Origin: a virus
DNA length: 64,000 nucleotides
Direction: 5' to 3' (one strand)
Virus record (IMG/VR): IMGVR_UViG_3300045996_001242
Coordinates: 13,645 to 77,644 of that record
Positions 20,101-29,865 of this stretch are shown piece after piece (within the stretch, counting starts at the first letter, position 1; each line of letters opens with the position of its first letter). The notes under the pieces are model-generated. The model had not been told where the DNA came from. It saw only the letters and a list, made by a program, of their open reading frames with translations, and searched no databases. The translations under genes and the position numbers were made by a program.

Positions 20101-23100
20101 GTTGCTGAGCCTGAGACCCAGCCGGCTGAAACAGTTTCGCAGGTTTCGGAGCCAGTTGCTACCAAACCCGAAGAAACCGCTGACGCTACGCCAGCGGCGA
20201 TTGATGAGTTCGTGGATCCGCCGCCGTTCGTCGAGCCTACGATCGAGCAGCTGTTCCCGAACCTGGTTCAGCCCAAGGGCCGGAACTTCTTCCTCAAGGC
20301 CTTCCGCCTCCCGCAGGTACGGGCATCCCGTATCCTCGGCATGACGGCGCCGCTGCGTGAGTTCATCGGGGCCCTCTCGGATGGCGGCCGCCTGGTCGAG
20401 TGGCTGGGCGCCGATCGCAACGCCAACCTCAAGTATCGCGTGGATCCAGAGGACCGCGCCAACCTCGGCCAGCTGATGAAGATCGGCGTCGAGGTCCGCA
20501 CCCTGATGCGGGATCGCCTCTTCAAAGTGCTCACCAGCCAGGAGGAGAAGGGCAAGCCGACCTACGTCGAGATGCTGGCTTCCGGCCGGGAGATCAACCA
20601 GTGGCGCCGCTTCCGTGCCCTGAACATTTTCGAGAAAACCGAAAAGGGTTATCTCTATAATCAGTCCCTGGTCGAGGGGGCGATCCTCGCCGGCTTCGAC
20701 TGGCTCCTCAATGCCGCCGATCGCAGCGTGCCCATGACCCGGCAGGATGTGGCGCAGCTGCTCGGGATCGATGAGGACACGGTCACCGATGACCAGGTCA
20801 AGGCGCTCAATAACGGCCTCTCGCTCGACATGGCGGTGCGCTCGCTCGCTGACAACATCCGCAAGTTCTGGGGTGTCGAAGCCAACAAAGACATGCCCGA
20901 GGATTACGTACGCGGGATCCCGCAGGCTGTGGCGCTCGAGGTGCTGCACGCCTTCGCCGAGATCGAGGTCAACATCGGGGAGGAGTCCTCTCCGCTTCTC
21001 GAGCTCGGCATCAAGTTCAGCGACGACAACGACAAGCGTCTGGCCTTCCCCGACGTCACCCACAAGAAGTTCAACCGGGTCTACTTCGACAAGCGCTCCG
21101 ATGGCCTGAAGGAATACCTCCAGTCCCTCAACGGCGTCAGCAACCTGATCGCCGACATGGCGCTCATCGGGCGTGAGGTCGAGGGCTTCGCCTTCGAGCC
21201 GATCACTGAGGTCGACCAGGCCCAGTTGCGCAATCACCTGGTTCCGACCACGGCGCAGCAGAAGCAGGCCCTGGCCAATACCCAGGCAGCGCCGCACTAC
21301 CCGAACCTGCCGATGTTCGACTTCATCACGGCGATGGGCGAGGAAGCCTTCGTCACGCTGATGAGCAAGCGGCCCTACAAGAAGGGCGACCTCAAAAAGA
21401 CCCATCGCGATATGGGCCTCAACAAGAACCACTGGAGCTCGCTCCAGGGCCTGCAGCGCCAGCTCGCATCTTCGTTCGAGCATGTGGCCAAGCAGATGGC
21501 GCAGCTCCAGAAGCACGGCGCCGATGCCGCGGTCTACTACAAGCACCACGTCAACAAGCTCGGCCGCCTGCAGATGGCGGGCCTCAGCAATCCGCAGAGC
21601 GACAAGCTCGCTCGCGAGATCTTCATGCCGACCCGGACCAGGCTCGATCTTTCCAAGCCCGGGAACGGAGACTTCCTCAAGTTCCTGATGACGATCGGCC
21701 AGGGCATCGGCCTGAAGACCGAGAAGGAGCCCCGGCGGGCCATCCTCAAGAAGGTCGTCGAGTCGACGATGACCGACGATGGAGCGCTGCGTCCTCTGGT
21801 CCTGGCTCTCAAGACCTGGCTCGAGGCTCGTGCCGCCGGCCAGGATACGACGATCCCGGCAGCGACCACTGAGCTGCTGACGGCGGCCGGGCTCTCGATG
21901 CACGGCATCCACTCGCTCATCACCGTCGCCCGCTACGAGCTCGATCGCGATGCTGGTCGGGACCTGACCCAGTTCGAGACGATGACCTACCTCGAGGCCG
22001 ATGGCAAAACCAACGGCCCGATCAATTCGCTGATGCTCTACGGCAACGACGAGATCACTCCCACCTGGCTCAAGACCGTGGCCAAGGGCGGTGCCTTCTT
22101 CGGGAAGCTGGGCAAGACGCTCAACTCCCACACGGAAGATGGCGAGGCCTTCAAGGATCTCTACGAGGAAGGCGCGCTCGGCACCAACGATCGTGTAGCC
22201 GATCTCGGCCGTGCCATCCAGGCGAACGGCAACACCGCCGCCGGCGATCTCTTCAAGTCGTTCCAGCGGGTGCTGGCGGCGCTCGACGCCAACGTCGAGG
22301 TCGATCCCACGACCAAGGAGATCACCATCAAGCGTGGGATCACCAAGAACCCGCTGACGATCACCATCTATGGTTCCGGCGCCAAGGGCATCGCCGGCAA
22401 GATCACCGACGAGCTGCTCGCTGCAATGTACGAGGCGCTATCGGCCTCGACCGAGAAGGACAGCCCCCGGGCCGGTGAGCTCATCTACGAGGGCGTCGAA
22501 GGCGCCGACTTCACGTCGGACCTGCAGGCGCTTCTCTCGGGTGTGCTCCGCAAGAACAAGAAGGGCGAGTATTTCGTCGGCCGGGACAACGATCCCGATC
22601 TCAAGATCCGCGGCAATGCGCTCGACTTCACCCTGAGCCGCAAGCAGCGCGAGAACCTCCGGGCCAACATCCAGGCGATGCTGGTGAAGCCGATGCGTGA
22701 GGCGATCAACGAGACGGTCACGACGCACGTGAGCGCCGTCACGGACTCGATGCAGCAGGCGACGCAGATCCAGTCTGTGTTCCTGCGCGCCATGTTCATC
22801 GACAAGCTCACGCACCGGCTGGCCATGAAGCAGGCCAGCCCGGAGAAGTTCGGCTACATCAAGGGCGAGTTCCTCTCCCAGGCCGAGCTCGACGACATCA
22901 TCAAGAGCCTGATGCCGTTCTCGCCGGTCATGAGCACCGGCACCCAGAGCTACTTCCTTTCGGGTGGCGAGACGTCGAACCTGCTCTCCCGCGAGGAAGA
23001 GCAGGCGGACGGGACGACCAAGACGATCCACGTCAAGATCGAGATCGCCGGCCAGGAGTTCGAGGTCCCGATGCCGGAGACCTTCGCCCGCTCGCTGACT

Positions 23101-26100
23101 GACGACATGTCGACGCCGGCCTTCACCTATGGTCCGACCCAGGCCGGCGTTAAGGCGATCCCGACGATCGTCGTCGGCTCGGGCGATGGGCAGATGATGC
23201 TCAACCTCCTCGCCGATCATCCCGACGTCGCCAAGCGTGTCGAGCACGTCTTCGATGGTCTCGACATGCCGGCCGATGCGATCGACGACTATTCGCGCCT
23301 GGTGAACGAGGCGGTCTTCAAGACCTGGACCAGCAATGGCAACCCGGTCCGTGCCGCCTATGAAAGCTTCAAGACGTTCCTCGATCGCAATCCGATCGAT
23401 GGGCTCTTCGGTGAAGCCAGCAAGCTCAACGAATACCAGCAGCAGGCGATGCAGGATCTCGTCCGTGCTATGGGTCTTGACGAAGGCACCGAGGACACGC
23501 AGCTGGTGCAGGTCACCATGGACAGCCTGCTCGCCCGCATGAGCCAGCTGGCCGACGAGACCGATGCCCGGCGCCTCACGTATGCCGAGTTCCCGTTCTC
23601 CGTCGACCAGATGGCGAGCGCGGAATCCCCGTATGTGAACCAGGGTTCCATCACGATCGACGAGAACGCTACCTACGAGCAGATCGCCGATGCGATGAAC
23701 GAGCGGTATCGCTTCCACCTGGCTCAGATCCAGGCGGCCAGCAAGGATGCGCCGGCGCCCAATTCGATCCAGGAACAGGTGACTGCAGCGGCCGATGAGT
23801 TCGGCGTGCAGGTCATGCCGGCAACCGAGCTCGAGGACCTCTACAAGAAGCTCCGCGAAAAGCTCAACCCGACCCAGAAGGAGATGATGCGCCAGGCCGC
23901 CAAGCTCCTGAAGGACTCGGGGTATCGTCTCGGCTTCGGCACGAGCTCGCAGCTCGACGCCTGGGAACAGGCGAACAACGCTGATCGCTTCATCCCTGGC
24001 TCCAACAGCCACCGCGGCAAGATCGATCCGGTCTCGAAGCTGATCCTCATCTCGAGCATGGAAGCCGAGACGGTCATCCACGAGCTGGTCCACGCAGCTA
24101 CGATCGACAAGGTGCGGGCCTACTATGCCGATCCCAAGACGCTCGCTCCCGAAGAGCGGGATGCCGTCGTTCGCCTCGAGGGGCTGATGGAAGATTGGCT
24201 CGACCAGGATCCCGGCAAGGAGACTGCCGAAGGGCAGGATGCTCGCGCTCTGGCCGAGGCCGAGATCGCCAAGTGGCAGGACAAAGGCCGCAAGGCCGAA
24301 GCGCTCAACGAGTTCATGGCCTGGGTGCTCGGCAACCAGGACCTCGCCGAGCGGGCCCAGAAGATCAAGATCAAGAACCCGGTGCTGCGTGTCGTGAGCG
24401 AAGCGCTGGCGGCGCTGAAGTCGCTGCTCTGGGGCGCCAAGAACAAGGGTCCCCGTGTCGGTGACTCGCTGCTCTCGAACCTGCGCTTCAACACCCGCGT
24501 GCTGATGAACGGGCCGACCTCGATCGAGAGGCTCAAGGCGGACAGCGCCGCAGTGGCGCTCTACCAGTCGAGCTCGTTTGGCGACAATCCGCGGCTCACG
24601 GCGCTCCGCCAGAAGATCCACAATCGTGTCATCTCCTGGATCGACAGCGCTACCGATCCGCTCGCCAAGAGCCGCCGGCAGGTTGACACCTTCAACCAGG
24701 GTCTTCTCGCCGATCAGCTGACCGGTGAGTTCGCCTATCACTTCGAGGATCTCGGGACGCTGCAGGCCAAGGGCACGTTCTCGGAGATCCAGCTGATGCT
24801 GATGACCGAGGCCGAGCTCAACCCCAGTGCGCTTTCGCGCATGGAGGATCTCTATACGCACGTCATCGGGCAGCTGAAGTTCGAGGACTTCCTCGCCGAT
24901 CGCAATGCATCGCCGCGGGATCCCAACGACGAACGCCAGGCCCAGGACAAGCTCAAGGTGCTGCAGGGCAAGACGATGACCGTGACTGACAAGTCCGGCC
25001 GCTCCTCGCTGCTCTCTTCGTTCCTGGCTCTGGCGATGACCAGCGACCAGTTCCGCACCATCCTATCCGGCATCCAGAAGCCGGCGTCGGACAAGAGCGA
25101 TGCCAAGGGCTTCGATGCCGTGCTCGAGAACGCAGCGACCGCTGCGATCGACCGGCTCGGGATCCTGATGTCGGGGGAGAAGGGCAAGGACGGCAACGTC
25201 CGTGACGCCCTCGACCGGCTGATGTACGCCATGATCGAGAACGTGGGCGACCAGCGCACTCACATCGAGCGCAAGATCGAGCACGGCTTCGAGAAGATCG
25301 AGACGCTTGTCGCCGATCAGATCCAGGAGAAGAGCGCTCTCGTCGCCGAGAAGGCGAAGGACATTCGCGCCAATTCCAGGAGCCGCGTCGTCAAGGCCGG
25401 CGCTACCCTGGTTGGGTTCGTGGCCGACATGGTCAACGAGGAGAATGCCGCCGAAGCGCAGATGGGCATGGTCCACTGGCTCAACAAGCACAAGGGCTTT
25501 GAGAGCGTCCGGGCCCTGGTCAACGACGTCGTCGGCCGCACTCGCGAGAATGCGCCGGTCTTCGACATGATCTCCAAGGTCCGCGCCACCGTGCAGCAGG
25601 TCCGCCAGCAGTTCCGCGACGAGCTGCCGGTGAAGCTCAATCGCATGTTCGAGAAGCCTGTCTCGGAGGCGAAGTGGACGGCGATGTTCAAGACGCTGGG
25701 TCGGACCGACCTCGCTGCTCTGACCGGCGCCTATGGCGTCGACGGTGCGCTCGAGATGGTTTCCAACCAGCAGCGCCGGGAGACCGAGATCCGCACCCTC
25801 GAGGGCAAGTTCGATCCGCGCTTCCACGAGAAGGCCAAGCAGCTCGCCCACTTCATGGTGAGCGGTGAGCATGGCACGAAGCTCTTGCGCAATGCCTATG
25901 CGATCGCTGCCTTGACGATCCCCGGGATCAAGAACCTGAACCCCACTCAGGAGATGGTCGACGAGCTCGACCGCCTGGTGACGCTCTACGCTATCGAGGA
26001 GACCGACCAGGCCAGCAAGGATGCCGTCATCGAGCTGATGCGGGACGAGGAAGCCGGCGTCGAGTTCGTCACCAGCTACCTGATGGGCCAGCGAGTCGAT

Positions 26101-27912
26101 GAGCTCGCCAAGGTCGCAATGACGCCGGTGGCGAAGATCAACCACTACAAGGGCCATCTCCCCTCCGAGGCGCAGAAGGGCGGCTCGCTGATCATCGCTT
26201 CGGACACCGAGAACGCGACGCTCATCAGCCGCGGCTACACCCGGGTCATGGATTACGGCGGCTCCTCGGCCGATCGTCTCCTGGGCCGGCGTGGCTACTA
26301 TTTCGCGCCTGTCTCGGGCCGCGCTCCCTTCACGCAGGGTGTGCTGCAGACCGTCCATCAGACGGCCTCGGGTGTGGATCCGGAAACCGGATTTACGGTT
26401 GGCGAAGTCATGGCCGGGCGGATCGAGGATCCTCGTGAGATCCAGGTCATCGAGCGCTTGCTCCGCAACCAGAGCCAGACGAGCGAGAACCTCCTTCCCG
26501 TCTTCGACGACAAGGGCAGGATCGTCGCCTTCGAACGTGCGGCCGATCCCAGCCAGCTGCAGAAGCTCAACCGCTCGACGGACCTTGCGGCAATGATCGG
26601 CGTGTGGCGTGGTCGCCAGGCCGAGGAGCTGCTCGCCCAGGAGGTGAACAAGCAGCTGGTCGACAATCTCTACGAGATCTGGAAGCAGGGGGAGAGGGAA
26701 GGTCGCAAGGGTGAGTTCGTGAACATCGCGAAGCTCGATCCGCGCACCGACGATCGCGTGCTCATCGAGGCGGTCAACCTCATCCCGAACCAGGCAGCGT
26801 CCTACATCAAGTCGGTCTTCGGGCCTGATCGTTTCATGGTTCGCCGTGACATGCTGCTCGACACCTTCGGCGCCCGCCAGGCGTCGGTCGGGGATCTCTT
26901 CTCGGGGCATACCCGCTGGAGCCCCAAGATCGCCAGCGAGTTCGAGAAGTACGCTGCCGGCATCATGGGCAAGAAGGCCTACCCGATCCTCGTCGGCGGC
27001 GAGAAGAACATCCAGGAGCTGGTCTCGAACGTGAAGACCATGATCGTGGTGAAGTCGGTCATCGTGCCGGCGGCCAACATGGTCTCCAACATGTTCCAGC
27101 TTCTGGCTCGAGGTGTGCCGGTGCGTTCCATCATCCACGGCGTCGGCGCCAAGACGGCTGAGATCAGCACCTACGTGAAGCGTCGCCAGCAGGAGATCGA
27201 CCTCGAGGCGGATCTGCGTGCCGCTCGCGGCAAGGGTGACTTCATCGCCGAGCGTACGATCGAGGCGAAGATCCAGTCGATCCAGGACAGCTACAAGCGC
27301 ATGGCCATCTGGCCGCTCATCGAAGCCGGTGAGTTCTCGGCGATCTCCAATGGCCAGGTGACGGCCGAGGACCTGTCGCTCGCCAACGGCACCTGGACGG
27401 ACTGGGTCGAGCGCAAGGTGAACCAGCTCAGGGAGCCGCTACGAACGCCGGCGCGGTATGCGCTCATCACTCGCGACACCACTCTGTTCCAGGGCCTCGC
27501 TCGTGCGGTCCAGTACGGTGACTTCGTCGCCAAGGCGGTACTCTACGATGACCTGACCAAGCGCAAGAAGATGACTCAGAAGGACGCCATAGCCACGGTG
27601 AATGAGGCCTTCGTGAACTACAACCGGCTCGCCGGCCGCGGCCGTCAGTATCTCGAGAGCGTCGGCCTGCTCTGGTTCTACAACTACAAGCTTCGCATCC
27701 TCAAAGAGGCGGCCTATCAGCTGCGTCACAATCCGCTCCGTTCCCTGATGGCGGTCGCTGTCCCGGGCCTGCCGCTGATCGGCGACATCGGCACTCCGGT
27801 GACCGACAACATCCTGGCGTTGTTCAATGATGGGAAGCTCGGCTACTCGATCGGCCCCGGTATGGGCCTCGGCAGCTGGCAGCTCAACCCCTGGCTCAAC
27901 CTCGCCAGGTAA
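17161..27912 (+). CDS. Virion-encapsidated RNA polymerase (N4 gp50-like vRNAP)
   Basis: 3583 aa; T7-type motifs LEADGKTNGP (A), RGITKNPLTITIYGSG (B), VFDG (C); no Cys seen on reading. Confidence 0.95.
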   Translation: MADFNILDPSTWLPSQAPAAPTPANAVINGVEDPGLPLPGSVAAPAPAPAAPVQPQMSEADKLRADMLQINAALGDPDAMAALALSEQRGNGLTANNQLLNDFEGLTPVQFQQKYGVGTYRRLVTSRMRSREVVADANPDRDLTTTLSDIGIDALEGVNQTAYGVAAAAVQAGLGPGRPKDWLLEQISGLSADQTARTRRLESEELAEHRRYDSIRTALDDLDAKVASGADHADDSNFIDNLASYGRDYLRGAVDAGGRLIEDPTMAGALAAEGVGSLAVGGPLAKTLSTTARAAGLAGRGAAELSEEALTRAMFPGGIAAMEAGGAAMQAEQEVLAMTEGQLLESPNYRELLQNGYTPEEARARLATIAGSIASVPAALTGALTGKLVEGIELRPLRAAGPAGLAVNAGKETVEESIQSTVGQLASNTGVALSGADPDKDLGEGLGRATVEGAVAGAGTTLLTQGPGVALSTAAKSIGATITFPAKVIRGLGERNLAERAAASPVSAESMAPAVQTAAEQAPAVAETLRTVATEQGASGAEVDSYIESVQQASQIQQADAAMMPAILKAKLKEARDVLGRLPNRFEALHVAAVLAGDKSADQDDRTAAATFILKNIEANRKLFGELPTFLENIPSDRPEFKAFSDYAATLVAIDQEPAVRDAVKWAQEEMQQADRDLSAVDLKTPEGQTIVAQAVQMAAVAPQAVSPNVADQILHQAEKGTATLTPEQRRILAGASAMKKASATAAQELDEDPVQLVGRQIETEGGTKAHQMALVQHVAGINEAVEAGDTKTAQARINSLGMFARSMRNKVQAFNTAIQNGDRKRVPYQSLGRDGWLPKDEYFSVFFNPGSEASERLARRVHAEAAMIATVANEYARQFPELGIQEVAIPALRPMPAKAESAVEKNDKRGGATSEAAAPSQATTSRTEAAPKQSEPPLQPPAPTREPETAAPAVEPVASEDSTNQRQDDEQPAEPQVEVVAEPETQPAETVSQVSEPVATKPEETADATPAAIDEFVDPPPFVEPTIEQLFPNLVQPKGRNFFLKAFRLPQVRASRILGMTAPLREFIGALSDGGRLVEWLGADRNANLKYRVDPEDRANLGQLMKIGVEVRTLMRDRLFKVLTSQEEKGKPTYVEMLASGREINQWRRFRALNIFEKTEKGYLYNQSLVEGAILAGFDWLLNAADRSVPMTRQDVAQLLGIDEDTVTDDQVKALNNGLSLDMAVRSLADNIRKFWGVEANKDMPEDYVRGIPQAVALEVLHAFAEIEVNIGEESSPLLELGIKFSDDNDKRLAFPDVTHKKFNRVYFDKRSDGLKEYLQSLNGVSNLIADMALIGREVEGFAFEPITEVDQAQLRNHLVPTTAQQKQALANTQAAPHYPNLPMFDFITAMGEEAFVTLMSKRPYKKGDLKKTHRDMGLNKNHWSSLQGLQRQLASSFEHVAKQMAQLQKHGADAAVYYKHHVNKLGRLQMAGLSNPQSDKLAREIFMPTRTRLDLSKPGNGDFLKFLMTIGQGIGLKTEKEPRRAILKKVVESTMTDDGALRPLVLALKTWLEARAAGQDTTIPAATTELLTAAGLSMHGIHSLITVARYELDRDAGRDLTQFETMTYLEADGKTNGPINSLMLYGNDEITPTWLKTVAKGGAFFGKLGKTLNSHTEDGEAFKDLYEEGALGTNDRVADLGRAIQANGNTAAGDLFKSFQRVLAALDANVEVDPTTKEITIKRGITKNPLTITIYGSGAKGIAGKITDELLAAMYEALSASTEKDSPRAGELIYEGVEGADFTSDLQALLSGVLRKNKKGEYFVGRDNDPDLKIRGNALDFTLSRKQRENLRANIQAMLVKPMREAINETVTTHVSAVTDSMQQATQIQSVFLRAMFIDKLTHRLAMKQASPEKFGYIKGEFLSQAELDDIIKSLMPFSPVMSTGTQSYFLSGGETSNLLSREEEQADGTTKTIHVKIEIAGQEFEVPMPETFARSLTDDMSTPAFTYGPTQAGVKAIPTIVVGSGDGQMMLNLLADHPDVAKRVEHVFDGLDMPADAIDDYSRLVNEAVFKTWTSNGNPVRAAYESFKTFLDRNPIDGLFGEASKLNEYQQQAMQDLVRAMGLDEGTEDTQLVQVTMDSLLARMSQLADETDARRLTYAEFPFSVDQMASAESPYVNQGSITIDENATYEQIADAMNERYRFHLAQIQAASKDAPAPNSIQEQVTAAADEFGVQVMPATELEDLYKKLREKLNPTQKEMMRQAAKLLKDSGYRLGFGTSSQLDAWEQANNADRFIPGSNSHRGKIDPVSKLILISSMEAETVIHELVHAATIDKVRAYYADPKTLAPEERDAVVRLEGLMEDWLDQDPGKETAEGQDARALAEAEIAKWQDKGRKAEALNEFMAWVLGNQDLAERAQKIKIKNPVLRVVSEALAALKSLLWGAKNKGPRVGDSLLSNLRFNTRVLMNGPTSIERLKADSAAVALYQSSSFGDNPRLTALRQKIHNRVISWIDSATDPLAKSRRQVDTFNQGLLADQLTGEFAYHFEDLGTLQAKGTFSEIQLMLMTEAELNPSALSRMEDLYTHVIGQLKFEDFLADRNASPRDPNDERQAQDKLKVLQGKTMTVTDKSGRSSLLSSFLALAMTSDQFRTILSGIQKPASDKSDAKGFDAVLENAATAAIDRLGILMSGEKGKDGNVRDALDRLMYAMIENVGDQRTHIERKIEHGFEKIETLVADQIQEKSALVAEKAKDIRANSRSRVVKAGATLVGFVADMVNEENAAEAQMGMVHWLNKHKGFESVRALVNDVVGRTRENAPVFDMISKVRATVQQVRQQFRDELPVKLNRMFEKPVSEAKWTAMFKTLGRTDLAALTGAYGVDGALEMVSNQQRRETEIRTLEGKFDPRFHEKAKQLAHFMVSGEHGTKLLRNAYAIAALTIPGIKNLNPTQEMVDELDRLVTLYAIEETDQASKDAVIELMRDEEAGVEFVTSYLMGQRVDELAKVAMTPVAKINHYKGHLPSEAQKGGSLIIASDTENATLISRGYTRVMDYGGSSADRLLGRRGYYFAPVSGRAPFTQGVLQTVHQTASGVDPETGFTVGEVMAGRIEDPREIQVIERLLRNQSQTSENLLPVFDDKGRIVAFERAADPSQLQKLNRSTDLAAMIGVWRGRQAEELLAQEVNKQLVDNLYEIWKQGEREGRKGEFVNIAKLDPRTDDRVLIEAVNLIPNQAASYIKSVFGPDRFMVRRDMLLDTFGARQASVGDLFSGHTRWSPKIASEFEKYAAGIMGKKAYPILVGGEKNIQELVSNVKTMIVVKSVIVPAANMVSNMFQLLARGVPVRSIIHGVGAKTAEISTYVKRRQQEIDLEADLRAARGKGDFIAERTIEAKIQSIQDSYKRMAIWPLIEAGEFSAISNGQVTAEDLSLANGTWTDWVERKVNQLREPLRTPARYALITRDTTLFQGLARAVQYGDFVAKAVLYDDLTKRKKMTQKDAIATVNEAFVNYNRLAGRGRQYLESVGLLWFYNYKLRILKEAAYQLRHNPLRSLMAVAVPGLPLIGDIGTPVTDNILALFNDGKLGYSIGPGMGLGSWQLNPWLNLAR

Positions 27913-27918
27913 GAGAAA

Positions 27919-28285
27919 GGCCAGGGAGGTCTCTCGCGAGATCGGTCTCCCTGGCCCCTCCAGGCCGGTTGCAACATCCGACATCGCCCACCGTGGATGC
28001 GGGAGCTACCCAGACCACGGGTCGGTTAAGGGACGGCCTGAACTGAAGAGCCCCCGACGCGAGCTGAGGGGGGCAGCGCGTCGGGGGCGGACGTCAGGAT
28101 CGAAGGTCGCACTGGGGGGGCAAAGCAGGGCGTTGGAGGACCTACCTAGCTGCCCGCCATCGATCCTGGCGCGGGAGGAGCTGCAGCGAAGCTTCATGGT
28201 CGTCCGCCCATGAGCCAGGTGAGAGTGCATCGCCGCAACGGGAGCCGTAACTGTGATCCCGACTCATCGGTTCCGAACAATTTTA
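27919..28285. ncRNA. Putative structured ncRNA at the convergence of the late and middle blocks
   Basis: Four consecutive long stem-loops (27919-27956, 27961-28040, 28050-28088, 28093-28170); no credible ORF. Confidence 0.45.
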
Positions 28286-28286
28286 G

Positions 28287-28406
28287 CTACTCGGGATCCT
28301 GCTGAGCTCGTTGCTCGATATCCTTGACCACCCACATGGCCCACATGCCGATCAGGAAACCCAGCGCGAGGCCGACAATCACGCCTCCGATGAACCATTC
28401 GATCAT
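28287..28406 (-). CDS. 39-aa single-pass membrane protein (MIEWFIGGVIVGLALGFLIGMWAMWVVKDIEQRAQQDPE)
   Basis: Translated by hand; GAGGGGG RBS; below the ORF-track cutoff. Confidence 0.55.
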   Translation of the reverse strand: MIEWFIGGVIVGLALGFLIGMWAMWVVKDIEQRAQQDPE

Positions 28407-28430
28407 ATATTCGTGCCCCCTCGAACCCGG

Positions 28431-28793
28431 CTAAGCGACGTCACCAGTTAGCAAAAACGACCTGAAGGCCGCAGTAAACTGTCCGTTATCCTCGAAGACC
28501 TCTATTTCGAGATCCTCGTCCGGGTAGGCCCAGAGCGGGTACGGCCGGCGGGCATTGAGCGGGCGCATCAGACGCACGAACTTGCCGCGGACCTTGAGCT
28601 GGACGTGGCCCATGGAGAGCGAGCCATCGGCTGGATCCTGGCGGATCCACCAACCTTGCTCGCTGCCGTCGCTGAGATCCTGGAGGCACTCCTCCATGTG
28701 CAGCTTCTCGAGGTTGAGGTAGAGCTGGCCCATGCACTTGAGGAGATTCCCCTCGTTGAAGAGGTCCCGGGGGATGACGCGGTTGTAGGTCAT
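28431..28793 (-). CDS. Hypothetical phage protein
   Basis: RVIPRDLFNEGNLLKCMGQL; ATGA overlap with upstream gene. Confidence 0.65.
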   Translation of the reverse strand: MTYNRVIPRDLFNEGNLLKCMGQLYLNLEKLHMEECLQDLSDGSEQGWWIRQDPADGSLSMGHVQLKVRGKFVRLMRPLNARRPYPLWAYPDEDLEIEVFEDNGQFTAAFRSFLLTGDVA

Positions 28794-29176
28794 GTCAGTG
28801 GATCCAGTATCACGTCCCTGCGTGCGTCCTCAATTTGGACCGCCCGCAGAGCCTTGATGATGCGAATGTAGTAGCCCCTCGTGCCGACGACTCCGAATTC
28901 GCGGCCGATGGCGCCCTTCAGCACCTCTATCTCGGCAGCTGACGGCTCATAATCCGAGGTCAGCCGGCCGGTGTCATCGCGCTCGAGGTGGTTGAGGATC
29001 GTCGCAATGGTGCGGGCCTGGTAGTCGGCTTCGATCTCGGCCTTCTTGTCGGCGATCTGCTCGTCGGACATGTTGGTCGGACAGAAGGCAGCGAACTCCC
29101 CGCCGAGTCCGAAGCCTCGGGTCTTGGCACGGCCGAAGACCTCGCCGTTGACCCAGAAGAGGGGTTTAAGCTTCAT
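28790..29176 (-). CDS. Hypothetical protein
   Basis: Start MKLKPLFW directly after the dUTPase stop. Confidence 0.55.
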   Translation of the reverse strand: MKLKPLFWVNGEVFGRAKTRGFGLGGEFAAFCPTNMSDEQIADKKAEIEADYQARTIATILNHLERDDTGRLTSDYEPSAAEIEVLKGAIGREFGVVGTRGYYIRIIKALRAVQIEDARRDVILDPLT

Positions 29177-29177
29177 C

Positions 29178-29636
29178 TCACTTCCCCGTGGATCCAAGGC
29201 CGCCGGCATCACGCTGGGTGTCGCCGAGCTCGGGTACGTCGACGAAGACCGCCCGGAAAATCGGGACGATGACCAGCTGGGCGATGCGGTGACCAAAGTC
29301 GACGGTGAAATCCTGCGAGCTATGGTTGATCAGGATCACCTTGATCTCGCCGCGGTAATCGCTGTCGATGGTCCCGGGGGTGTTATTGATGCTGATGCCA
29401 TGTTTGGCCGCCAGCCCGGAGCGGGGGCGGACCTGTGCCTCGAAGCCGAGGGGCAGCTCAATGGCGATGCCAGTGCCCACTACCCGCTGTCCGCCGGCTG
29501 GGATGACTGTACGCTCACTTGCGAAGAGATCGGCGCCAGCGGCCTCGGCTGAGGCGTAGAAGGGTACGTGAGCGTCCGAGTTCAGCCTCTTGAAGCGAAC
29601 GTTGACGGTCGCGAGACCGTCGAGGGGGTTCCACAT
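29178..29636 (-). CDS. dut: Trimeric dUTPase
   Basis: Motifs AGADL, RPRSGLA, GTIDSDYRGEI, RIAQL, RDAGGLGSTG. Confidence 0.95.
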   Translation of the reverse strand: MWNPLDGLATVNVRFKRLNSDAHVPFYASAEAAGADLFASERTVIPAGGQRVVGTGIAIELPLGFEAQVRPRSGLAAKHGISINNTPGTIDSDYRGEIKVILINHSSQDFTVDFGHRIAQLVIVPIFRAVFVDVPELGDTQRDAGGLGSTGK

Positions 29637-29672
29637 TGTAACGATCCTGAAACGATGTTGTAACGCTGGGGC

Positions 29673-29855
29673 CTAGCGTGGAGGCCCCAGCTCTCTGCTC
29701 TGTTCGTCCTGATTTTCCCTCAAAACCGCGTAGACGATTCCGGAGATAATCGAGGTGATTATCAGGAAAATCATTATCGGGATTAGGGCGAAGAAGGCGA
29801 ACAGTCCGGCGGTGATGAGGCCCCCAATAACGAGGGCCCTGAGAAGGAGGTTCAC
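29673..29855 (-). CDS. Small membrane protein
   Basis: 60 aa, long hydrophobic stretch. Confidence 0.5.
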   Translation of the reverse strand: MNLLLRALVIGGLITAGLFAFFALIPIMIFLIITSIISGIVYAVLRENQDEQSRELGPPR

Positions 29856-29865
29856 CTGGGCCGGC

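Noticed and set aside
17884-27138. Long minus-strand ORFs (e.g. 20038-22131, 22438-24861, 25063-27138)
   Set aside because: Antisense shadows of the GC-rich, codon-biased vRNAP gene; no recognisable motifs. The same applies to shadows of the portal, MCP and DNA polymerase genes.
28181-28196. N4-type vRNAP hairpin promoter (AGC-GAA-GCT)
   Set aside because: The stem is only 3 bp and the location is wrong. True early promoters probably lie beyond the right end of the window.
28255-28275. Hammerhead ribozyme core (minus-strand CCGATGAG)
   Set aside because: It is not CTGATGA, and there is no correctly placed GAAA or stem set.
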